From Magallana gigas (lineage: Eukaryota), in the NCBI RefSeq assembly GCF_963853765.1, contig NC_088854.1, forward strand, positions 50,964,001 through 51,028,000: a DNA stretch of 64,000 bases, given 5' to 3'. Positions 11,649 to 25,936 of the stretch are shown one piece after another. Within the stretch, counting starts at the first letter, position 1, and every line of letters starts with the position of its first letter. The notes beneath the pieces are model-generated. The model ran no database searches and was not told where the DNA came from. It saw only the letters and a list, made by a program, of their open reading frames with translations. Both the position numbers and the translations under genes were made by a program.

Positions 11649-13145
11649 GATAAAGCATAATATACAAGGGTATATGTTAATTTATAAATCGTTATGACTG
11701 GTGTATGTTTGACAGAAGTGAATATGAATGATTGGTTTCTATTTACAGTTGTATAAATATATTTGACATCAAATTGTAGTTTCTTAATTTTCTATAAATC
11801 ATGTCTCTTTCCTTGACTAAAAAAATTTATTTTTATCATATTTAATATTAAGAAAAATATATCCTCGAATGTAAAATCACTAATTATTGGTTAAAAACAA
11901 AAACCCTAAAAAGTATTGTTTTATATTTAAACCAGTATGAGAGTAACATTTTATGATTGTTACACATTGATTGATATTATACCGATTATGATACTTGCAA
12001 TAAAAGTTGTCAATCAGAATTTTTCTAATTAGTACTTGAAATGATTTATATTTGGCTAATGGTTTAGCAGAAATTAGCTTTTGCCTTTTGGTTCATTCCA
12101 GTTTAGTCTGCAAGTGCTTTGCTGTTAAGTTACACGGAATGAATGCTCATTGAAGTTTATAATATTCATTTCTTGCAACCACAATCAAAATAGTCTCTAT
12201 TGTATTTCTTTAGTTTTTATTCGACATTTTGAAATAAAACTCTCTGTAAACATTAATGTTGGAATCATTTTTAATAAATATACTTGTAAAAATCATGAAG
12301 CACATAAATAAACAGTAAATAATGCTGTAATATCAAAAGTTATACATGTTAAAATCACAACATTCATGGCAAGATTGTTAAATCTGCGTAGAAGATACCA
12401 GCTCCACACTTTGTTGTGTATAAAATACAGTATTGTACCATTACACTGTTAATAAATTCAAAAGTTATGAGTATATGTATTTTACTCTTTATGTTTTGTT
12501 ACAAAAACCAAAAAAAAAAATATTTCAATATTGATCATTGACAAAGTAACAAGATAAAAGAACCCTATAACTGAATTGCTTACAATTAATCAGTAAATTA
12601 CATTGGAGATTATATCTGACTGATCAGACTATGAAGAAAATGAAGGATTTAGAGAGAATAAATTTATTTGAAATTAGAGTAATTTATTTTTAGTTACCAA
12701 ATGTTTATTGCTCAAATGCACCCTTCTCTGTGTTTAGTTGATCAAATGTAATTGAATAGTGAAGTCTGATGTCAAAATGTATCACTGAGGGGTTTGAAAT
12801 TAATTAGAGAAAGTACACTTATTTGATGATATTTATATATTTATTTATTGGATGTGCAGAGCACAAAATAGGTTTTTACAATGATGAGTAAAAATTACTA
12901 ACTAAAAATAATTATTTAATTAAGTGATACTTGTATAATAAATTCTCAGACAATCCCATTGTCATAACATATGGTTTTTGAGTACACAAAATCGATGCTA
13001 ATCACAAGTGGCTTACCAATGATGAGACAACCCAAACTTACGATACATTTCACTCAAAATATTAAAAAGTCTAATGTTTGCTGTACAGCTAAAATCAATT
13101 AAATGATAGGTCTATATCACCAAAGAATTTACTTTCAAAAATGTT

Positions 13146-13500
13146 TGTAGAACAACAATGTAGGATTGAATGAATTCTGATTGGAAGTGTATAAATACAA
13201 CAAAAGCTGTGATCGAGGTTCGTAGAACAACAATGTGGGATTGAATGAATTCTGATTGGAAGTGTATAAATACAACAATAGCTGTGAGGTTTGTAGTACA
13301 TGTACAACAATGTGGGATTGAATGAATTCTGATTGGAAGTGTATAAATACAACAAAAGCTGTGAGGCTTGTAGAACAACAATGTGGGATTGAATGAATTC
13401 TGATTGGAAGTGTATAAATACAACAAAAGCTGTGAGGTTTGTAGTACATGTACAACAATGTGGGATTGAATGAATTCTGATTGGAAGTGTATATGCATGC
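13146..13500. repeat. Minisatellite, five ~70-78-bp units
   Basis: Repeated ACAACAATGTGGGATTGAATGAATTCTGATTGGAAGTGTATAAATACAACAAAAGCTGTGAGG. It accounts for the three overlapping repetitive ORFs at 13095-13599. Confidence 0.9.
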
Positions 13501-14365
13501 ATGAATACAAAAAAAAATGTGAGGGTGTTCAAACAGTTCTATGGAAGACGCTAGAGCAGTAACAATATAGTACATGTATACATGTATTGTAAAAACCAAA
13601 ATGGTGTAATTTACATGTGTATCTTAGCTATACATGATTGTATATGCAAGAAAATATAAATGCATACATTGATAGTACATTGCAAGGATATAAATTTAAA
13701 AAATAATATCATAATCAATGTTCCTACTAGAATATAAAGTTTTGGTCTTGCAACATTAGGTGTTTGTGTATTAACTGTCTTGTTAGCTCAAATTATCCAA
13801 GTACAAGCTAGGATAAAAATGTACACAACCAATTTGCTGATATACTGCTGAATCATATGAAATATTTGGGGCTGGTTTTAATTGATTATTTATTTAATGT
13901 TTGAAAAGTTCATTAGAATGTAAATTTGTGAATTTGTTTAGGTAAATTGATAAAGATATAATTCGTTGAGACGTCACAATTAATATGATAAGGGTTCTCA
14001 TGAATATCACAGAACTTTATCCCGCAGAAAATTTAAGCTAATGATTCCAGAGTAAATGTATTTCTAAAATAAAACTAAATTCATGGACATTTGTTTATGT
14101 TTTAAAAAAAAGAAATAATCATCATATATATTCTTAGAATACAAAAAAGTGTCTGTTTATATTAGCACATATTAAATGAGTAAAGTGCTGATTGACAAAT
14201 GTGCTGAATGGTAGATAAGAAAATAATTTATGTTTTATCTTTTTTTAAGCATGGTTTGTTTCACAAGACACTGGTAAACCCTAACTATTGTAAAATGGCT
14301 AAAGGAGGGCTGGTTTTGAATATCAAATTTTAATGTTTTTGCACCATAAACTCGGATAAAAGGAA

Positions 14366-17300
14366 TCATCTATGTTCTTCATGAATGTCTTTGCGGGACA
14401 ATAAAGGAAGAATCTTGACTATGAGGGTTTGGTCCGCCATAAGATCATAGACATCATCAAGCGAGGTATCACTGATGTTGAATCCATTTACTTCTAATAT
14501 CTCGTCGCCTACATTAAGTAGTCCGGCAAAACGTTCATCAGCATCCGCCTCTTCCGAAAATCTTGAAACAAAGATTCCTGTCCAAAAGAAATTATTTAAT
14601 CATAAAAGATAATTGAAGGAAATAGATTATCAAGTTTTTAATTCTTGACAATAAGGATTTTGAATTCAAATAAGTACATAATGGTACATGGAAAATGTTA
14701 ACAAGATGTTAACAAGATTTCGTTGATTTCGTTCTTAAGTTGATCCACGAAATTAAGTATTCATTGAAGTGCAATTTCTATTAAAATTTTGTATTGATAG
14801 GGTCATTGGCCATGAATTTATGTATCCTTGTAACTGTGATTTTCACTTTATCTTTATCCATGAAAATTGATACCCTTGAATATTAATGAAACCACAGTTT
14901 ATGAAGTATAAGTATACCAAATATAAGATAATTATTAAAAAATCTACTATCAGAGTTGTAGTTATCTCCCTTATTTAAAGAGTGTGCTACCATTAAGCAT
15001 ATAGAAGAAGTATGAATATATACACAAATCTTGAATATTAGATTTGAATATTCATAATCTCCCTTATTTAAGAGTGAGCTTCCGTTTAGCATATATAAAA
15101 GAAGAATGAATATATTTATACACAAAACTATTATAGTTCTAGACTATTACAAAGAAAAGGATGTTAACTATAGAAGCTTCTTGTTTGTAATAAAAGCTAT
15201 CAGTTGGGAAAGAATAACTCAAGTCTAAATAGTACCACAATGTATCACCCTGTCAAACTACATGTATAGTTAAGGAAACTATCTCACATCTTCTATTGTA
15301 CCTATATATCCCTATGAAATGCTTCATTCAGAGATAAGTTGTGAAAAAGGTGAGTGAAACAATTCTAACTTCTTTCAAAATTTGTCATTGACTATGGTAT
15401 CTTTAGTTTTCATAAACACAAAACATTTGCAAATCAAAAGTGACAAAAAATCATGTGACTGTAAAATCTGTAACTTGTTAGATGAACTTAAGATACCAAA
15501 ATCACCAAAAAAAAAGAAACAGAGCACCAATAAAAACTGCATTCACAACCTAACTACTTACCAACTCCAAGAAACCGTCACACACCTTGGAAATTTAAAA
15601 CAATTCACTTTACCGTTTTTATGTTTGTTTGAATTTTTATTGTTGAACCATTTTCAGTAAAAAGGGTCAGAGTATAAGAATTCAAAATATGTATCAATAT
15701 ATACATCAAACTGCTTTTTTTAATACATGTACAGAGTTTATGGTATTAAGTTTAATAGGTCCTTGCAAAAACAAGTTCCACTTATTTAGATTCAATAGGA
15801 AAGTTGCTCTTGTCTAAATATACATACAAATAGTTTTTTCAGCTTCCTAAAGATATTCAATATACAGTTCATACACGTCCATGTTACGGATATGATTATC
15901 CCGGGGTTTTTAGAATTCCTGCAGACTTACCGTGTTTGAACTGAGTGCTCCCCCTTGCAATATAGAATCCGATTGGTCCTTTGTGTCTCCTGTTAAGCTC
16001 CACTGTCTGGGTCCCATCAGAGTGCACCTCCCTGAGCTGACTGACAGAGACCTCCTCCTCCGACGTCCTGGACTCGATAGAACTACATGGACCAGTCACT
16101 AACTCTTTGTTTGTTGACTCCATTACACCTCTGAAATTAATTTTAATTTTATCAGTGGTTATAAATGGTATAAATGTACTACTTATTTGTCACACTGTAG
16201 TGTAAATCATGTGATTCATTAATGCTTCAAGACGATGTTGAGCATGCTGCAGATATTTATCAGTATATAATAAGATAATTATTTTCAAAAAATAGGAAAT
16301 AATTTAAAGAATCTTAGATGTCTCAAAAAATTCATCACTGAATATGTATATACATGTACTAAGAAGTTTCAGTTTTAAGTTAATATCATATATCCTTATA
16401 CTAAAACAAGTATTTGTAATGAAATGAAATACTATTTACCCATGCCCAGAAAATTCTGCTGATTTATGTTTGGTACTCCTTCTTGCAAAGAATTTCTTCA
16501 GGGACCTCCCTTTCTTGGGTTTTGGAGGTTTCCCTTGCGGTGGAACATCCGAGGGGAATTCCAGTTCCTCTGGTCTAAATTCCCCCTGAGTTTTGTTGAT
16601 GCCTTTGTCCAGACTCACCGCCTTCCGCAGGGTCTTAAACTTGCTCTTTGCTGCAGCCTTAAAGTTGCTCATCTTGTTTGACAGGGATATCCTGGACCCA
16701 CTAAGCTCCTTGCTTTTGGACAAGTTGGTGGTGCTTCTGTTTTAGATATATATACACACAGGTTTAAATACACCAGAACTTCTAAATGCATGACCATTAG
16801 TTGGTTTCAGCAAAATGTGGTAAACAATCAGAAAACTAGGTGAAACTACTTTAATATTTCTTGTTGCTAAGTATAACTTTAAAATTAAAATAATACCATA
16901 AAATGATAGTCAATTACCCATAATTCCTGACAGGAAGGGGAGGAACATCCTGATTGTTGTTGTGAGAAGTTCCTGCTACATTGGGTGTACTCTGTGAGAC
17001 TTCTCGACTCAGCATTGATCCACATTCTGCCCCACTACTGGTAAAACTGTACGCTCTATCATCATGAGGTCTAACCCCCTCCTCTGGACCATTTAGCTTA
17101 CCCTTCTCAGTCTCTGAATCACCCATGTCTAGTTTTCTGTTCACACGCTTCACCTTGGCATAAATGGGATGAGAGGTATCAGACTTATCTTCCTTCCTGT
17201 CTCGTCTTTGATCAACTATAAAATCAGTCAAACATCTCTGTCATATTAAATTTTCTATCATATAACCATGATAATGAAAAAAATCTAAACATTTTTATGT

Positions 17301-20300
17301 TCCAAAATAATTTTGTAATGTTACAATCAATGTCTTTAATATAAAAAGACCCAATATGTTTTAACATTTGTTTCAATTTAATGGTCTTATAATTTTTTTT
17401 TTTAAATATTCATATTACATGTATTCAGTAACACTAAAAAGCAATGCATGAATTTTAACCTGTTATAGCAAGTTGTCTGATGCCTTCATCATCTGAGCAT
17501 ACAACAGTTGCATAGTCAGAATCCTGAGGATCATATATGTCCTCCATCAATCCAGTTTGTGGTCCAGCATTGTCCTGAAAAACATGGTTATTGTCCGATT
17601 CCAAAGAGAGGTCGGGAGAGCCAGAAAGAGGCTCTGAATTCACAGACTCTGGTAAAGAAGCTGACGATTCTCTGCTGACTGACACATAGGTCTTTGTCCC
17701 ATTCTCTCTAGATTTATTTTTGATGTTCATTCCCTGGTCATCTGATTTTGGATCTTTTTCAAATGTTAGAGGCGTAGCAAACACATTGTCTGAATCACTC
17801 TCAATTATATCTTCTACATCTAGACCCAGTCGGTCCATCTTGATCACGGAGGCTTCGTATGGCGTCAGTCTCTCTGGTCCTGAGAGGCTGGAACTACCTG
17901 TATCAACCTCTTCAAGATGTCTAACATGATCCTCATTTAAATCTGCTTGCTTAAGATCTTTCTTAAACTGTTGCTTCACTTCTGGTTTGGTTAAACCTGA
18001 CCTTGAAGGGTCTTCATCATCAGAGGACAAACTTTCGGTGGAGATACAGTCTTTACAGTCTTCAGAGGTAGTTGGTGTTTTCTGTAAGCGATGTTTGTGT
18101 GTGAACTGATTGTCAATGTCTGCATTGAGGGCTATCTGGGAAGATATGAGTGTCTTTTCAGAATAATCAGAATCACTAGACCCAGACAGTTTCCTTGAAT
18201 GTCTTCTGATCTCCTGCTCAAGTTTAGGATTGAACTTGAATGCACCATCATCACGAAAGAAGGCTCCTGGCTCTGACTTCTCAAGAAGAGAACTCTCTGA
18301 TTTACATTTGAATGTTTGAACACTCTCTCTTCTCTCTTCTCTTTTTGGATCAACAGGGTCGAAGTTGAAAGTTTTATCTGTTCTCCTTGGTGTACACAGT
18401 ACTGAAGCATTGCTGCCACTAACACAGTTCTTCCATGTTGGGGCACTATTGGCCCTTGCTGTTAAGCACCGTTTCACTATCTTGTATGGAGTTGGCTTTT
18501 TTCGTTGCTGGTAGACTTCTCGAACAAATAAATCATCTTCTGTGATGGTTGGAAGCCCAAGACTGGGGTCTGAGTCATCAACTTCCTCCTCTTCTTGCTG
18601 GTGCACAGACCTAAACTGGTATCCTGACAATACAGGATTGTGTTGAATTTCTTGAATTATGGAATCATCATCACTATCTCTTCTCCTACAAAATACAGTA
18701 CAAAGGGTATGTTATATAGATATACTAGAGGCATACTTAGATTATCTTTCAATTTAACACAGACTAAATTCATTGTTCATTTTCGCAAGGTGATACAGTA
18801 CTTCTATCAGTGGACATTCTGGTACTGTAGGTCTTTAAACCGAGGAATTAATATCCATGTAAAATTCAGAGAAGTACATCTCTAGGATTTTAAAGCCTCG
18901 CTTTTTTTTTTCAAAGAGATGTAAACTAAATGTACTTATGATAAAAATTATGCATTCGTGATTTAATATTTTTGCGATTTGATGCAAAACGGTTCAATTG
19001 TGGAATTAAATATTCGCGTAAAATAAGGAATCTATAGGGAATCTACAGCATGCTTTCCCAAAGATTTTTCTTATTTTGATGTAAAACTTTGGATTTACAA
19101 TGCCACAACCCAACAGCCATGCAAAGCTAACAAACGCCCTTTTTAAAGTCGATCATTACCTTGATTTCTTGGAGCCTGCTTTATTCCACATTCCTAGAAA
19201 TTCCAACTTGTCTGGTGCTAACCCTTGGTGACTAAATTCAACAGCAGACATCGGTCTACGAGATGAGTGATACTCTTCCCACATAGAAGCCCTTAAATGG
19301 AATAACAATGCATTAGACATGTAATAATGATCAATACTTTGTTAAGTAGTGCAATATCAAAGCTACCCGTTATGATAATTTAGACTTTTGGTCTGTGTGG
19401 TCTGAAAGAGCTGTATTTAAGAATAAATTGGTATTATATAAATAGCTCTACCTTGGCCCAATTTGAAGAATTTACAATGTTACCTTAAATACTTATTTTT
19501 GGGGAAAGTGAAAAGGATTTATTTTTTCACAAGTGTCATGTAACCCCAACCTAATCAATGACAGATTTTATAATATATCCACTTCCAAGAAAAGAGATAA
19601 AGAATTTGCATGTCTAAGGTTCATTGAGGGCAGAAACATTGGAATTCATAATATACCAGTAAATTCTCCATTACCCTCTGAAAATCTACTTATATACAAG
19701 GTACATGTATATACAGTTGTGTTTGAAAATTCTTACCATGCAACAACTCAAAAGAGACTGATAAAATTTAAAATATAATAAAAGAAAACTAAAAAAGAAA
19801 TTCATCTTTCCTATTTTCAAAATCATCATACATTTTGATGAATAATCATAATTAATGATTTAGAAATCATAAAAGCTTAATTAATTCTTTTTGTATTGAA
19901 TACTCCATATAAAATTCTAGCTCATATGGCATCCATATCAACCTATCATGAATTTATGCTCAATCTAATATTGTACAACAATAGAAGGTACTTCAAATAG
20001 CAGACACAAGAAGCCAGTTTAGCAGACAGACAAACTAAAAACATTACTGGTAAATAGAAATGTCTTAATTTCTTTTAAAAATCAAAAACCAGATAGAACT
20101 AAACTGATATACATTCAGCTATATTAATTTAAATGTTAAGCTTGCTACATAAAGAGTAAAAAATTTATCAAAACTTAATGAGATGTAATCACTTTCAAAT
20201 TACTAGAACATGACAAAATAAACTAAAACAAGACATCTCAAATGTTTATATTTCAAATGTGCTGTAAAATCAAGGGTCATTAGTTCTTGCAGACAGAGAC

Positions 20301-23300
20301 ATAGAAAACTGACTCCTCCGAAGATGTTTCTGGTGGCAACGAATCAGAAAGATAAGATACGTACCCGTTGTAGAGGTCTCTTCTGGATTTATCCGACCTA
20401 GTTCTTGGTAATGGCTGAGCGATGCCCGAGTCCACATCTGAATCTGTAGAAAGAGAGTACATTGAACTTGAGAAGAATACATCTCCAGAACTCGATCACG
20501 TCACCACGTTTGTATGTAAACATTTCTAGGACACATCAATCTTATGACTAGTCAATGATCGTTAAATCATAAAAAATGTATGATTGATGTATTTCTCTCA
20601 ACTTTTAATATTTCACTACATGTTAATTGATTTGAGATACTTCATAAAATAACTTATGTTCCTCTATAAACAACCACCCCCCCCCCCCCCCCCCCCAACA
20701 AATTGGAAGCAATTTATTAGCACAATACTAATTCATATACTTCAAACCAATTAATATTGAAATGAAGTGCAGAGTTCTACGACACATAAATCACCTTAAT
20801 TTGCTGCATCATAAGTTTAGTGAGTCATACACCATACTGGTATTATGGTAATTGGTATGGAATAAAGTTTGAGTTACGAACTGACAGGTAAAAATTGTGC
20901 TGATGGATTGCAATTTTACTTGAACTTAATTCATACCTAAACCTCTTCTAGTACATTGATAAAATAAAAACAAACATAAATCAAATTGAATGTACCATAT
21001 ATTTGAAGGGGTGGTGGAGGCATTTTATTAAATAATATAGCTCTCTTTCTATGATTTTAAATTCTATTTATCACACATCAAAAGCACATTAAAATTGCAC
21101 TCAATTTAAGCCCATGAAGTATAGTGTAAACATTTGGAGTACCATATAGATCCTCTGTTTATTACATTTCGCTGCCCCTGAGACTGGAAATGTTGTATTC
21201 TTTTCCAGTTAAGGAGGAACCCTACCAATATATGTGCTATGACAGCCTTTTCTATCCAAACAATGAAATCAAATGATTTAATATAAGATGTACACAAAGA
21301 AATACATCTGCCACCACCTCCCCCTTTTTCCTCCACCTACCACTGCATGCTGCACTCTTGATACTGGCTATGCTTGAGTTTTATTTCCCTCTAAAAGTGT
21401 TTGTTGCAATTAAGTGAACCTCCCATCAAGAAAATCAAAGCAAACTATTCAAACAAATTACAAGCAATCTCTGTTACCAAATTCTATCCTACTGATTGTA
21501 TGTTAAAACCTTGTTTGTGCAATTTAAAGTTTTAATTTGTCCTTTGAGGGAGTTTTTAACCCAATTTGGATTCCTTTTAGGTCTTTATCAATGTAAAAAA
21601 TGTTGTCAAGTTCTTTTAATCAATGGCATTTAAAGAATCAGCTCCTATTTTTAATGACACAAATAAATTAATGGATTGCAAGGATAAATTCTCAAGGGAA
21701 TTCTCAATGATATCACACTAACATCTTAGAAATATGTTATGATTCAATGCATATTTTATCATGAAGTGTGACAATTTTGTATTTCAATTACAGGTATTAA
21801 TAATTCAAATCACAAAATTAATATTCTTAAATATTGGGAGCTATAGAGTCATACAACAATTTACATTAATATATTGAACATTTGAAACTGGCATTACAAA
21901 GTTTTGAGAAAAACCAATATAACTGCTAGTTTTTTCCAATATTGTTGTAAAAATTTCTGACACGTACTTTTCAAAGAAGAGATGTTTATAAATTTAAACA
22001 AAGAGAAATTTTATATAGGATGCCTATTATTTCATTTGATCCCTGTGGGAAAATGTGCCTAGAAAACAAAGAGTTGATACCTGGTGCTGCTACATTGTAT
22101 AGATAAAACACGGGACTCTCAATATTGATTGGAGCCATTATTGATGGACATGCCGATACCTAACATTCTGTCTGATAAGCTCCCCTCTAAAATATGCCAT
22201 TTATGGGTAAATATCAATAAGATTATTTACCTGTCGGCTAACCAAACAAAACCAAGCCCTCAAAACAACACCCCTAACGGACAATGTATGTAATGCGGGC
22301 AAATCTATACATCTATTTAACGTACCAGAGCTATTCTAAGCTTTTATGTTAACTTCTGGCTTTCTTTTGGCTTCGAGATATGTTGCCTAAACAGTTTATA
22401 CAATCTGTACCCATTCGTCTACAACAACATTGACTCCAGATTTTGTTTGACGTTAAAAAAAAGATTTTAGATTCTTGCAGTGTTTTGAAAAACTAAACAC
22501 AAAGTCAGTACTATATTTTAGGAATAAGTTATTATTGAAAACCCTAATCTCCAACCAAGGACCACTAGAAATCAATGAAAAACCTAACAAAAGGTATCAA
22601 TGACAGGTGTAAACCCAGGAAATTTTTGAGTGATAGATGGCAAGGGTGACTCTAGTGCAAATAGATAATGTTTTAACATATCTTTGAAATGGAATATTGG
22701 TATGATATTTTGCATGGGCCTTTTGGAATATTTGTTAGATCTTTTTGTAAACATCAAGGTTTAATGCTGTATGTGGTATATGTACAATTTCAACTTATAG
22801 TGACAATATATCTACGTAAAATGATTATGCAAAGTGTGAGCAACATTTAATTCAAAATTTGATGAGGCATCAATGAAATTTTGTGAAAACAAAAAAAAAA
22901 TAGTACACAGTTACTCTACCTTTGTTGTAGTTAAGCACCATGTTGTCATTCTGCTGTTGGTATCCTCCGGCATAACTCCATCGTTTCTCTTGGCGCAAAA
23001 TGTCTCGATTCCCATGCCCACCATTTGTTTCAAACAGAATGTTGTTGTTCCTAGGGGATAGGTGTGTTGGTCCTAAGTTAGAGGACTGCACAGAAGAGGA
23101 ATCCAGGTCAATGGCACTATCTGGAGGAGAATCCGGACAAAACGCTCGCCAGTGAGAAGAGTCCGTAAAGGCACTACCAGTAATTTGTGGAGATTCCAGT
23201 CTGGATCTGTAACTTTGAAGTTGCTTTTCTTTCTTCTCAAGTTCAAGTTCCAACAATTTAATTCTCTCTGGAGTATTATCACTCTCTGAATAACTGGCTC

Positions 23301-25216
23301 TATGATTTCTTACTTGAGATTTCAATTCACCATTATTCTCACCAAACCTATGACCATAAGATGTGACATGAGACAAGGACCTTGGGAGAGAACTACCTCG
23401 AGTAGCACCATATTCGGAATGTCTTTCAGCTCGGTCTAAAATCAGAGATGGAGTAGGACTTGTCAAACATGATCTTGGGTGTCGATGGTGTCCAAATATC
23501 TTCTCCATTTCTCTGTCCCATTTTGTCACATGCATCCTTTCTGAACTGATACTCCTAGCATCATCATCATAATGAACTTCATCATCAAAATGCACATGTA
23601 GTCCAGAATTGAACATTCGTCTTGAAGGTCTCCTGGAATCATTAAGAGTTTTTCTATGAAAAGAATGGGGATATCTGTTATACAGACATTGGAAGTAATC
23701 TGAATTCATCCCATTCTCATCATGACTGCCTTTTCCAATATCTCGTCGTTTATTTTTCAAATCCTGCAAGTAAAAGAGAACATTTATTTTGAATATTAAC
23801 TGATGCACTAAATATCACTAACTTTAACTGTACAAGATACATATATATCTATATTGCCTCCATGCATTCATAAAAGCTATAAAGTAACAGAAATGTCATG
23901 GTTCAAAATGATACAGACCAGGACTGTTCTGTCGTACTAAATATTGGACTAAATTACAGTGTGATGCTGTGAAGTTGAATTAGTACATTGATTATATATA
24001 CACCAATAATATATACCTATCACAGTGACTGAAACTGCCTCGGGCAATTCTGACAAGGTGCAAAATGATTCATCAGTATAAACACAGCATATTTTGTATA
24101 TACATGCGCATGCATTAATATAAAAAGGAAAAGGTAAATCTCTCTCTCTCACTCTCTCTCTCTCATTACACACACAGACTTATACAGAATTCGAAGAAAT
24201 AAAATCAATTAACATTAATTTTAATCAGGTAATAAAGGCAATCATTTGTCCATTATATTATAAATGCATGTCAATTAATTAGAGTTTAGATGATACTAAG
24301 TGCTAGTATATACACCAAAGTAGATATCTCTACAAAGAATTTTCTCATTAGATCCAGTCATTGGCTATGCAATTTGCATATGATGAAATATAAATGAGAT
24401 AAAACAAAATATCATATCAAATGACAGACACTCTAGTGTTTCCGTTCATGTGTGTGAGAACATGAATATAACATAAACAGTGACTATATATATAATTATT
24501 ATCATACAGATATGTTAAATTCCAAAGCATTCCAAATGCAATGTATGTTTTCACATTTAGTTCGAGGAAAATATATGATTAAAAAATTTACATAATTAAG
24601 TTGTTGTAAGACATGTAAATGTTTTAATACTGGTTAAATCTAAAACAATGAAGATTGATATGTTAATCATGTTGAGTGTATCAATGAGTTACAGGTGTAT
24701 CACACATTATATATAAAATTCAGTACATGTACATCCTCTCCCCCGCATTATTTTGATATTAACCTACAGTTAAAAAAAAAGTGATGTTCACATTTGCACA
24801 ATCAACATCATAATAATCTTTTATCATAAAAGTATAACTTCAGTTCTGAATCTGCTATTTTGTCTGTAAGGTGAATTGCAAATATGTAAACATTCTATAA
24901 TAAAATGCATGCAGGCTAACATCTATTATATTTTTTATATTAAATCACACATATATACCTGTAATGATTTCGATCGCATTGCATAGTTTTTGCTCTTGCT
25001 TCTTTCTCCAGCTTCACTTGATAGGTCTAAACCTGAAGGATCGGCTCCATGTACGAAAGGGTTCCCACCCTGATCGTGCTGGTCCCCATCAATAGATTCC
25101 TCCGGTTTCTTTGACGAATTGTCAGTTCTTTTCCTAGCAATTCTACCGGACTTTATTAGTTTATCGTAGTACGACCGGTGTGTGGGAAGCCCATTGTTTA
25201 ATCTCAATTCATCCAT
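14366..25216 (-). CDS. Large low-complexity protein (~1156 aa) with C-terminal Par6-like PDZ domain; KIAA1614-like
   Basis: Exons 25216-24959, 23763-22920, 20443-20365, 19291-19160, 18610-17460, 17215-16918, 16736-16440, 16130-15931 and 14577-14366 (3471 nt, open frame). PDZ: TVELNRRHKGPIGFYIARGSTQFKHGIFVSRFSEEADADERFAGLLNVGDEILEVNGFNISDTSLDDVYDLMADQTLIVKILP. The acceptor of the 1.15-kb exon was chosen on phase alone. The KIAA1614 assignment is from memory of its PDZ and from synteny. Confidence 0.8.
18823..19050. mobile_element. ~230-bp MITE family with TACTGTAGATTCCT-type TIRs (other copies ~8412-8530 partial, ~31545-31766, ~56966-57193)
   Basis: Copies share GATTCCTTATTTTACGCGAGTA...AGATGTACTTCTC..GAATTT..GTGGATATTAATTCCTCG...AGGAATCTACAGTA blocks and TA termini. 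Confidence 0.8.
22081..22138 (-). CDS. Candidate alternative first coding exon of the PDZ gene (MAPINIESPVFYLYNVAAP)
   Basis: ATG at 22138, open for 58 nt to G|gtatc. Its phase-1 end matches the acceptor at 20443. Confidence 0.4.
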
Positions 25217-25936
25217 TGTGTTATTCAGTTTTGACAATTATCACAAGTCGACAGGTGCGCGAAAAATCTCGAGTGTTGATAAAGTTTTTTTTAGAAATCC
25301 TTCACATATCCAGCAGGTTTCTGTTTGAATCTGTTGTATAAGTGGAAATACTGTGCCATATCGTTTTCATTTGGGATAGCACACACACCGCGGATCTTAC
25401 ACTTTTCCTTATTTCATTGATTTTTAAGCTTACACTTCTAGTCATTCAACCATATTCAACAATGTGACCCATCTTTGTAAGCTTTGTGTAGTAACCTTCA
25501 AACGTCACGGAATTTTGTGAACACAGAAATCGATGACGTTTAACCCTGTGTAAACACAAGACAAGCACTTGGCTCACTGCTGTTTGTTCCTCAAATAAAA
25601 AATCAAAAGTTCAGCCTTAATACAAAGACAATGTTTCGGATATCCGGCCGTCTTAGTCAAAGATCGATTTTTGTTTGGTACGTATGAACGATTTGTCTTT
25701 ATCTTTTTCTGAAAAAAGATGACAACTCTCTAGCTTAATGTCACAGTAGCCTGACTCCGCTGTTACTGTATAGTAATACAGCTACTGTAGCTGTCGATGA
25801 TTAACATAATCAGTGATCAAAATAACAAGAAAAACTGAAGAGAATGATTTAGAAAAAAATCCATACATAATTTTTTTCATTGATGTATGTTTTTGCTTTT
25901 TCAGATTAATTTATCAGGGTTGAATATCAGAAGACA

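Noticed and set aside
13095-13599. Three 130-155 aa ORFs in all minus-strand frames
   Set aside because: Artefacts of the minisatellite.
21143-21221. 79-nt phase 1-2 segment that could be mutually exclusive with the 79-nt exon 20443-20365
   Set aside because: The acceptor has no pyrimidine tract and the peptides are unrelated, so the length match is probably chance. Junction reads would settle it.
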